Assembly: GCA_013205435.1 (NCBI GenBank)
Contig: JABMMX010000165.1
Span: forward strand, 1-43,869
DNA: 43,869 nt
Direction: 5' to 3'
Source of the DNA: Deltaproteobacteria bacterium
Lineage (GTDB): Bacteria; Myxococcota_A; Bradymonadia; REDH01
Shown here in pieces: positions 31,949 through 40,562 of this stretch (within the stretch, counting starts at the first letter, position 1; each line of letters opens with the position of its first letter). Under the pieces are notes generated by a model. It ran no database searches, was not told the origin of the DNA, and was given only the letters and a program-made list of their open reading frames with translations. The translations under genes and the position numbers were made by a program.

Positions 31949-33097
31949 CTACTGAGGCTTGCGATCGATGATGGTCGCGACGCCCTGGCCGAAGCCGATG
32001 CAGAGCGTGGCGAGGCCATACCGGAGGTCGCGCTTCTCGAGCTCGTTGAGCAGCGTGCCGATGATGCGAACGCCCGAGCAACCCAGCGGGTGACCCAGGG
32101 CGATAGCGCCACCATTCACATTGGTCTTCGAGAGGTCTGCGCCCGTCTCCTTCGCCCATGCAAGCACCACCGAGGCAAAGGCCTCGTTGATCTCAAACAG
32201 GTCGATGTCGGCGATGGTCAGACCGGCCCGCTCGAGCACCTTCTTGGTCGCCGGAATGGGGCCCGTCAGCATGATGGTCGGATCCACGCCCGAGACCGCC
32301 GTCGCAACGATGCGGGCGCGGGGCTTGGCACCATGCTTAGCGGCGAACGAGGCCGACGAGAGCAGCGCTGCTGCAGCGCCGTCCGAGATCTGGCTCGACG
32401 AGGCCGCCGTGATCACGCCGCTCGTCTTGAAGGCCGGCTTGAGCTTGCTCAGCTTCTCGATCGTCGAACCCTCGCGGGGCCCCTCGTCACGGGTCACCAC
32501 AATCGGCGCACCGTCGGGAGTCACGGTGTGGACCGCGAAGATCTCGCTGTCGAATCGGCCGCTCGCCTGCGCAGCAAGCGCACGCTCGTGGCTCATCGAC
32601 GAGAAGGCATCGAGCTCCTCGCGCGAAAAGCCCCACTTCTCCGCGATCAGCTCCGCCGACAGCCCCTGCGGGATGATGTCGAAACGCTCCGTCAGCTTCT
32701 CCGAAATCTCGGCGGCGTCCGAGCCCATCGCGATGCGCGACATCGACTCCACACCCGCAGCGACCGCCACATCGGTCTGGCCGGCCATGATGCCGTGCGC
32801 GACGAAGTTGAGCGCCTGCAGGCTCGAGCCGCACTGACGGTTCACCGAGGTGCCCGCCACCGTCACAGGGTAGCCCGCCATCAGCGCCGCAACGCGGGCA
32901 ATGTTGAAGCCCTGCTCGCCCGTCTGCGTCACGCAACCCATCACCACATCTTCCAGCGTCTCCACGGGAAGCAGGCCGCGACGGGCAATCTCCGCCAGCG
33001 GCAGCGCCGCAAGCTCGTCGGCCCGCATCGTCGACAGGGCTCCACCGCGCTTGCCGATCGGCGTGCGCACCACATCCAAAATGACCGCATTCGACAT
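31949..33097 (-). CDS. Acetyl-CoA C-acyltransferase (thiolase)
   Basis: Thiolase motifs are 'VRTPIGKRGG', active-site 'VNRQCGSSLQA', 'NEAFASVVLAW' and 'NGGAIALGHPLGCSGVRI'. The gene ends 35 nt upstream of the MFE-2-like gene on the same strand. Confidence 0.9.
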   Translation of the reverse strand: MSNAVILDVVRTPIGKRGGALSTMRADELAALPLAEIARRGLLPVETLEDVVMGCVTQTGEQGFNIARVAALMAGYPVTVAGTSVNRQCGSSLQALNFVAHGIMAGQTDVAVAAGVESMSRIAMGSDAAEISEKLTERFDIIPQGLSAELIAEKWGFSREELDAFSSMSHERALAAQASGRFDSEIFAVHTVTPDGAPIVVTRDEGPREGSTIEKLSKLKPAFKTSGVITAASSSQISDGAAAALLSSASFAAKHGAKPRARIVATAVSGVDPTIMLTGPIPATKKVLERAGLTIADIDLFEINEAFASVVLAWAKETGADLSKTNVNGGAIALGHPLGCSGVRIIGTLLNELEKRDLRYGLATLCIGFGQGVATIIDRKPQ

Positions 33098-33159
33098 CGC
33101 TCTTCTCCTTGGTCTCGGGCAAAGCTCCGGCCCGGTTAGCAGTTAGGTTCTTCGTCCGG

Positions 33160-33732
33160 TTAGGCGCCGGCCCGCCGCAGGTAACGCGCCTCGCGCGTGT
33201 CCACCACGATGCGGTCGCCCGCCTCCACAAACAGCGGCACCTTGAGCTCCAGCCCCGTCTCCAAGCGGGCCAGCTTCAGCGCCGCATTGACCGTGTCGCC
33301 GCGCACCCCCGGCTCCGCATAGACCACCTCGAGCTCCACCGTCGCCGGCAACTCGATGCCGATGCAGTTGCCATTGAAGACCAGCGCCCGCACCTCATCG
33401 TTCGCACGGATGAAGGGCAGCTCCTCCTCCACATCCTTCCGCTTCAGCGGGAACTGCTCGTAGGTCGACTTGTCCATGAAGTAGTAGGTCTCGCCGCCCT
33501 CATCGTAGAGGTACTCGGCTGGCCGGATCTCGAAGTCGGGCGACTTCACCCGGTCGCCACCCGAGAAGGTGCGATCCACCATCGCGCCCGTCTTGATGTT
33601 CCGAAGCTTGCAACGGAACAGGGTCTGGCCGCCGCGGCCACCCGTCGTCTGCGTGCTCATGTCAGAGATGGCGTAGGGCTCGCCATCGATCTCAATCCGC
33701 GTGCCACGCTTGAAGTCGTTCGTGTTGATCAT
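33160..33732 (-). CDS. efpL: Elongation factor P-like protein (EfpL/YeiP subfamily)
   Basis: The protein is 190 aa and colinear with E. coli YeiP/EfpL ('TGGRGGQTLFRCKLRN' vs 'PTARGAATLYKMRF', 'YYFMDKSTYEQF', C-terminal 'REARYLRRAGA' vs 'EERRYMGRAD'). The loop tip is Arg33 rather than the Lys of canonical EF-P 'KPGKG'. Confidence 0.85.
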   Translation of the reverse strand: MINTNDFKRGTRIEIDGEPYAISDMSTQTTGGRGGQTLFRCKLRNIKTGAMVDRTFSGGDRVKSPDFEIRPAEYLYDEGGETYYFMDKSTYEQFPLKRKDVEEELPFIRANDEVRALVFNGNCIGIELPATVELEVVYAEPGVRGDTVNAALKLARLETGLELKVPLFVEAGDRIVVDTREARYLRRAGA

Positions 33733-33761
33733 CGTCGCTCCCTGCCTGCCTCAACCGGCGC

Positions 33762-34400
33762 CTACTCCGGCGCCGCGGCCGAACACTCAACACCCGTTCC
33801 GCGCAGCCCGCAATAGCCATCGGGGTTCTTGTGCAGGTACTGCTGGTGATACTCCTCCGCGTAGTAGAAGGCCGACGCGCCGAGAATCTCGGTCGTAATG
33901 CCTCCGCGACCTGCCCCGCGGAGCGCCGCCTCGTAGCCGTCCCGCGAGTGCCGCACCCGCTCACCCTGCAGGTGGCTCGTGAAGTAGATCGCCGACCGGT
34001 ACTGCGTCCCCACATCGTTCCCCTGGCGCATCCCCTGCGTCGGGTCGTGGCTCTCCCAGAAGAGCTTCAGCAGCGCCTCCAGCGACACCGTGGCCGGGTC
34101 GAAGAGCACCCGCACCACCTCGGTGTGTCCCGTCGCGCCGTCACACACCTCGCGGTAGGTGGGGTTCGGCGTCGTGCCGCCCGCATACCCGACTGCTGTC
34201 ACCCAGACCCCGGCCCGCTGCCACATCCGGCGCTCCGCGCCCCAGAAGCAGCCCATCCCGAACCAGATCTCCTCCAGCCCCTCCGGCGGCGGCGCCTGCA
34301 TCGGCCGTCCGCTCACGGCATGAATACCGCTGATCACCAGCGCCTGAGACCGGCCCGCAGGCGGCTCCGCTCCACTGCCCCACTTGAATCCGAACACCAT
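33762..34400 (-). CDS. msrA: Peptide-methionine (S)-S-oxide reductase
   Basis: The protein is 212 aa and colinear with E. coli MsrA: '[14 protein letters not shown]', '[16 protein letters not shown]', '[12 protein letters not shown]', '[13 protein letters not shown]' and '[14 protein letters not shown]'. The start is set at ATG 34400. Confidence 0.92.
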   Translation of the reverse strand: MVFGFKWGSGAEPPAGRSQALVISGIHAVSGRPMQAPPPEGLEEIWFGMGCFWGAERRMWQRAGVWVTAVGYAGGTTPNPTYREVCDGATGHTEVVRVLFDPATVSLEALLKLFWESHDPTQGMRQGNDVGTQYRSAIYFTSHLQGERVRHSRDGYEAALRGAGRGGITTEILGASAFYYAEEYHQQYLHKNPDGYCGLRGTGVECSAAAPE

Positions 34401-34411
34401 CGTCGCCTCGC

Positions 34412-35695
34412 CTACTTCAGCAGCGGCTCGCCCGGCTTCGCCAGACCCGCCATCCGATACAACGCCACCACCGCGGCCGTCTGTTCCACCTCGGCCTGAA
34501 CCACCGCCAGCTCGGCTCCGTAAGCCTGCGACTGCGCCAGCTCCACATCGAGCCGGCTCGCCGTGCCGCCCGCCTCGGACCGCTTCGACTGCTCCAGCAA
34601 CGCCTTCGAAAGCTCCGCCCGGCTCCGCGACGAGGCGACCAGCGACTCCGACCGCTCCCACCGCGTGTAGGCCTGCTCCAGCCCACGCGTCACAGCCTCT
34701 TCGGCCCGACGCTGCGCCAGCTCCGCCCGCTGCACCGATAGCGCGCGGCGGTCGATCTCCGCCACCGTCGCACCACCCGCATAGAGATCCCAGTTGAAGA
34801 TCAGCGCCGCGTTCCAGCGGAAGGCCTCATCATTGAAGGCCGTCGTCTTCTGGAGGTTCGACTGCAGCTGCGCCGCGAGCGTGGGCCAGAGCTGACCCTC
34901 GCCCTCCTCCAGTTTATGCGACTCCACCGTCGCCAGCCCCGCAGCACGCGCCAGCTCGGGACGGCTCAACAGCGCCTGCTCCGTCAGCGCCGCCCGCGCG
35001 GGAGGCGTCGGCAGCGCAACCGGCGCCACCACCTCCACCGCCTCCTCGCTCCGCAACAGCGCCGCAAGCGACTCCAGCGCCTGCCGAAGCCCCAGCTGCG
35101 ACGAGGCCACATCCTGCTCCGCGCTCTGCACCGAGAGCTTTGCCCGCGTCACCGCAAACTCGGTCCCTACGCGACCGGCAAAGAGCTTCTCGGCACGCTC
35201 CAGCTCCACACGGCTCGTCGCCAGGTTGCGCGACGCAACCTCCGACGATCGCGCCAGCAGCAGCGCCGCAAAGTAGGCCTCATCCACCCCCTCGACCAGC
35301 CGGTATTGCGCCGTCGCACGCTCCGAACCAGCTACCTCCGCCAGCGACTCCGCCACGCCGAGCGCGGGATAGGCGCGGCGATTGAAGAGCGTCTGCGAGA
35401 GCGTCACCGTGCCGCGATAGTCCCACTGCGGCGTCACCACCTGATCGACGCCGAACGAGGTCTCATGGTCGTTGTAGGTCAGCTGCCCGGTAATGCCCAC
35501 GCTCGGACGCAGCGTCGCCCAGGCGCTCTCCGCCACGCTCCGCGCCTGCGCTAAAGCCAGGTCGAGCTCCGCACCCTCCAGGCTCTGCTCCAGGGCTGCG
35601 CTCCGCGCCTCCTCCAGTGTCACCGGCCGGCCCGCCGCGGCGGCACCCGTCGACACCACCATCAAACACAACGACAACCACCAGCTCGCCTTCAT
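34412..35695 (-). CDS. TolC-family outer-membrane efflux protein
   Basis: The signal peptide is '[21 protein letters not shown]'. The '[14 protein letters not shown]' opening and two long coiled-coil/beta repeats are typical of outer-membrane factor proteins. The start is ATG 35695, preceded by AAGGTGGAG. Confidence 0.8.
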   Translation of the reverse strand: MKASWWLSLCLMVVSTGAAAAGRPVTLEEARSAALEQSLEGAELDLALAQARSVAESAWATLRPSVGITGQLTYNDHETSFGVDQVVTPQWDYRGTVTLSQTLFNRRAYPALGVAESLAEVAGSERATAQYRLVEGVDEAYFAALLLARSSEVASRNLATSRVELERAEKLFAGRVGTEFAVTRAKLSVQSAEQDVASSQLGLRQALESLAALLRSEEAVEVVAPVALPTPPARAALTEQALLSRPELARAAGLATVESHKLEEGEGQLWPTLAAQLQSNLQKTTAFNDEAFRWNAALIFNWDLYAGGATVAEIDRRALSVQRAELAQRRAEEAVTRGLEQAYTRWERSESLVASSRSRAELSKALLEQSKRSEAGGTASRLDVELAQSQAYGAELAVVQAEVEQTAAVVALYRMAGLAKPGEPLLK

Positions 35696-35822
35696 GCGCT
35701 CCACCTTCGTCCTCGCCTGCGGCAGCCCATCGGCTAGCCCCTCTCCAGATGCGCCACAGCCACTTTCGGTGCGAACGCCACATCGCCAACATAGACGATC
35801 GCCCGAATTTGGCTAAAGAACC

Positions 35823-36202
35823 ATGCTCCACCCCGAGCCAACCAACATGCTCGAAGATGCCTGGATACAGACCGTCGCCCAGATCGACGCCCTCGCCGAC
35901 GAAGGACGCTTCGACGAAGCCTCCACACGCCTCCGCAACCTCGAGTTCCTCCGGCCGCCGAACGGCGAAGACGCAGACCTCTTCGCCCGCTTTCACCTCC
36001 GCTGGGCCGAGACCGTCGAAGCCGACGAGCCCCTCGTCGCCATCCGCCTCCTCACCATCGCCCGCCATGCCGCCTGGCAGTTCGCAGCAATGGCGAGCGG
36101 CCCCTCCACTGGCTATCCTCGCATGAAGCGGGTTCAACTCATCGACCGTAAACTCCAGTCGCTGCGCGCACGCGTCGCCACGCCTCCCCCTAGCGATCCC
36201 AC

Positions 36203-36206
<4 letters not shown>
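35823..36206 (+). CDS. Hypothetical 127-aa helical protein, translationally coupled to the downstream kinase
   Basis: The composition is normal with high third-position G+C. The stop overlaps the kinase start (ATGA). No recognisable domain or clear ribosome-binding site was seen. Confidence 0.55.
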
Positions 36207-37594
<1,388 letters not shown>

Positions 37595-37602
37595 CCCAAG
37601 GC

Positions 37603-39576
37603 TTAGGCCCGGCGGCGACGCGCAAGGGCAAGCAGACCGAGCAGCGCAAGCCAACTCCACGAACCACCGCCCGCGGCAGAGCAGCCCTCGTCAGCCTTCG
37701 CCTTGGTCGAGGGCGGCGTAGCCGTTGTGTCTTCGCTGCCGCTGTCGCTCCCCGCATCTGCATCGCTCCCCGTATCGGCCTCGGACGCAACGCAGGCCGC
37801 CGTATCGAGCGTGCAGGCGGCCGTGCAGACCAGCGTGCCCGAAGCAAAGCCGAGCGCATCGCACGACAGACCCAGTAGGTCTGCGCCGTCGCAGGACTCG
37901 TCCGCCGTTGCCACGCCATCGCCGCATCGATCTACAGGTGCGACCGCGCAGGCCGTCGTGTCGATAACGCAGGTTGCCAGACAGGCCAGCGACCCCTCGC
38001 CAAGACCCAGGCTACCGCAGCTCGTCGTGCCAAAGTCGCTGCCGTCACACACCTCGCCCGTATCCATCTCGCCGTTGCCGCAGAGCGTGCAGGCGGCCAC
38101 ATCGAGCTCGCAGGTCGAAGTGCAGCCAAGCGTGCCGGCCGCAAACCCCTCGGTGGTGCAGGCGAGCTCCGCAGGAACCGTGCCGTCACAGCTCTCCTCC
38201 GCATCCAGCACACCATCGCCGCAACGCGAGCAGGAGGCAGTCTCGAAGGTGCAATCCGAACCGCACCCGAGCGTGCCGCTCTCAAAGCCCAGGCTACCGC
38301 AGGAGCCGCCGTTGAGGTCCGTGTTGTCACACACTTCGCTGCCCGTCGCAACGCCGTCGCCACAGACATCCACCACGGTGCCGACGCAGTCGCTCGTATC
38401 GAAAAGACAGCCCGAAACGCAGCCAAGCGTACCACCCGTAAAGCCGAGCATTTCGCAGGTCGTGCCTCCCAGATCGCTGCCGTCGCAGGTCTCCGAACCA
38501 TCACGCGTGTCGTTGCCGCAGAGTGTGCAGCCCGAGGTGTCGAGCCCGCAGCCGGCGCAGCCCATCGTGCCGCCCGCAAACCCCTGCGCCTCGCAGGTTG
38601 CGCCACCAAGATTGCTCCCGTCGCAGGTCTCGCTGCCGCTGATGGTGCCATCACCGCACTGGTTGCAGAAGACCTCGTCGAAGGTGCAGTCTCCGCCGCA
38701 CAGCAGCGTCCCCGCCGTGTAACCGCGGCTCACGCAGGTTGCTCCACCTAGGTCGCCCGCGTCACAATTCTCGGTACCCGTCCGGGCGCCATCGCCGCAA
38801 ACCTGCCCCGGGAGCGTCGTGCAGCCCGAGATGTCGACGTCCAGGCAGTCCGCAGCACAGGCCAGCGTGCCGCCCGCAAACCCAAAGGAAATGCAGGTCG
38901 TGCCGGAGGAGATTCCATCGCTGCCATCGCAGCCCTCGGTGCCCGTGCGCACGCCATCGCCGCAAACATCGGTCGGGAGCGTCGTGCAGCCCGACGTCAC
39001 CAGGCCGCTGCAGCTCGCGTTGCATGCCAAGGTTCCACCGTCGAAGGCCTCGGTCACGCAGGTTGCTCCGCCCAGGCTCGTGCCGTCGCAGGCCTCGCCC
39101 GCAGCCACATAGGTGGCGCTGTCACCGCACGGGTTGGGGCAGTTCTGGGTGCCACCGGCGCCACCGCCGCACCGCGCACAGTTGGCCCCCGTGCCGGAAG
39201 TCGAGGCGCAGCTCGCGTAGCCTGGCAACGTCGCGACCAGCAGCGTCGGGTTGGCGTTGCCGGGCCGCCAGGCGCCCGTCGGGTCGCCCAGCTCTTCGCC
39301 ATTGGTGTAGCCGTCGCCGTCTGCATCGAGCGCAGCGAGTGCAGGCCCCCAAACCACCGAACCAACAGCGCCAGAGACCGTCAGAAAGCTGAACTCAATC
39401 TGCGTTCCGAACGCGTTCCGCGCTCCACCGAAACCACTCGTGTGGCAGCTGAGGCAGTTGGCCTGCGAGCCGTTCGGAATCTGTCCCACCCGAAACGAGC
39501 GCGCCTCAGACGACGAGGCGCCAAGCACGAGACCACAGAGCACAACCAAGCAAGACAGCAGCGAAAGAGAGCGCAT
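37603..39576 (-). CDS. Secreted CXXCH / TSP3-like / 9x cysteine-rich-repeat protein with MYXO-CTERM-like anchor
   Basis: The start is ATG 39576, preceded by GAGGAGG. The signal peptide is 'MRSLSLLSCLVVLCGLVLGASSSEA'. Also present are 'CLSCH', 'DADGDGYTNGEELGDP', nine 'CGDGxxxGxExCDGxxLGGxxC..GxLxC..C' units, and the C-terminus 'GCSAAGGGSWSWLALLGLLALARRRR'. Confidence 0.8.
   Translation of the reverse strand: MRSLSLLSCLVVLCGLVLGASSSEARSFRVGQIPNGSQANCLSCHTSGFGGARNAFGTQIEFSFLTVSGAVGSVVWGPALAALDADGDGYTNGEELGDPTGAWRPGNANPTLLVATLPGYASCASTSGTGANCARCGGGAGGTQNCPNPCGDSATYVAAGEACDGTSLGGATCVTEAFDGGTLACNASCSGLVTSGCTTLPTDVCGDGVRTGTEGCDGSDGISSGTTCISFGFAGGTLACAADCLDVDISGCTTLPGQVCGDGARTGTENCDAGDLGGATCVSRGYTAGTLLCGGDCTFDEVFCNQCGDGTISGSETCDGSNLGGATCEAQGFAGGTMGCAGCGLDTSGCTLCGNDTRDGSETCDGSDLGGTTCEMLGFTGGTLGCVSGCLFDTSDCVGTVVDVCGDGVATGSEVCDNTDLNGGSCGSLGFESGTLGCGSDCTFETASCSRCGDGVLDAEESCDGTVPAELACTTEGFAAGTLGCTSTCELDVAACTLCGNGEMDTGEVCDGSDFGTTSCGSLGLGEGSLACLATCVIDTTACAVAPVDRCGDGVATADESCDGADLLGLSCDALGFASGTLVCTAACTLDTAACVASEADTGSDADAGSDSGSEDTTATPPSTKAKADEGCSAAGGGSWSWLALLGLLALARRRRA
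37792..39129 (-). repeat. Nine tandem ~46-55-aa cysteine-rich repeats (myxobacterial 'CGDG..E.CD.G' type) within CDS 37603-39576
   Basis: Repeat starts are at Cys150, 205, 260, 307, 353, 405, 452, 499 and 551 of the 657-aa protein. Each has 6 conserved Cys and the core 'CGDG/CGNx...E.CDG..LGG..C...G...G.L.C...C'. Confidence 0.9.
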
Positions 39577-39643
39577 CAAAACCTCCTCAAAGAGCGTTCT
39601 GGCACTCTGCCACCGCCGCCGCATTGCCGCAAACTTCACGCGA

Positions 39644-40426
39644 TCAGACCGCCCAGAACCTGCGACGGCTCACAAGCGCAGCCATCAGGAGCAGCCCAAG
39701 CCCGGCTGCACCGCCGCCACCTGCGGCGCAGCCGCCCGGCTGCGTCACGCTCGTCTCCACGGGCGAGCTGTCATCACTGCCCTCGCCCGCATCAGCCTCG
39801 CTCCCCGTGTCTACGGAGCCCGATGCATCGGCTCCCGGGTCGGCGCCTTCGCGCAAACAGGCCGACGCATCCACCGTGCAGATCGCTCGGCAGCTCACCT
39901 CGCCCGACAGATAGCCCAGCGAGACACAGCTGTTGCCGCCAAGGTTGGCACCATCGCAGTACTCGCCCGCTCCGTCGGCCAAGATGCCGTCGCCGCAGAC
40001 ACTCGGGCATCGCTGAACCCCCGTCGCCGTGCCACGGCACCGACCGCAGCTCCGCTCCGCCGTCGGAAGCTCGTCACAGGTCGCAAAACCCGGGAAGGAG
40101 AAGGTCGCAGGTGCCGGATCGCCGGGCAACCAGGTGCCCTCGGGGTCGCCGAGCTCCTGCCCGTTCGTCGCGCCGTCGCCGTCCGAGTCCAGGGCGGCGA
40201 AGGCAGGGCCCCAGAGGACATCGGCCGAGCCCACTGAGCCCGGCGCGAGGAAGCCTGCCTCCATCGCCTGGCCGAACGGATTGAGCTGGCTGCCGTTGTG
40301 GCATGCGTTGCAGCTGAGCGCGGCGCCAGCGGGCAGCTGCTGCTCACGGAAGGGGCGCGCCAAAGCGGGAGCGGCAGCAGCAAAGACCCCCGAAACCAGA
40401 GAGAGCGCAAAAATAAGGTGACGCAT
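39644..40426 (-). CDS. Secreted CXXCH / TSP3-like / 1x cysteine-rich-repeat protein with MYXO-CTERM-like anchor (short paralogue of 37603-39576)
   Basis: The start is ATG 40426 with signal peptide 'MRHLIFALSLVSGVFAAAAPALA'. Also present are 'CNACH', 'DSDGDGATNGQELGDP', one 'CGDGILADGAGEYCDGANLGGNSC' unit, and the C-terminus 'GGCAAGGGGAAGLGLLLMAALVSRRR'. Confidence 0.75.
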   Translation of the reverse strand: MRHLIFALSLVSGVFAAAAPALARPFREQQLPAGAALSCNACHNGSQLNPFGQAMEAGFLAPGSVGSADVLWGPAFAALDSDGDGATNGQELGDPEGTWLPGDPAPATFSFPGFATCDELPTAERSCGRCRGTATGVQRCPSVCGDGILADGAGEYCDGANLGGNSCVSLGYLSGEVSCRAICTVDASACLREGADPGADASGSVDTGSEADAGEGSDDSSPVETSVTQPGGCAAGGGGAAGLGLLLMAALVSRRRFWAV

Positions 40427-40562
40427 GGGAGCCCTAACCGTTGGTGCAAATGTTGCGCGGGCGAATCCGGTAAAGCACCCGCTACTCGCCCAGCGAACGA
40501 TAGAGATCGTCCTTGCCGATGGTATCGACATCTTCAAAAAATCCATCTCTTGGGACAGTGAA

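Noticed and set aside
39600-39614. 'TGGCAC' followed by 5 nt, considered as a sigma-54 (-24/-12) promoter near the start of the large MYXO-CTERM gene.
   Set aside because: It lies on the plus strand while both flanking genes are on the minus strand. The -12 element reads 'CACC' rather than 'TTGC'.
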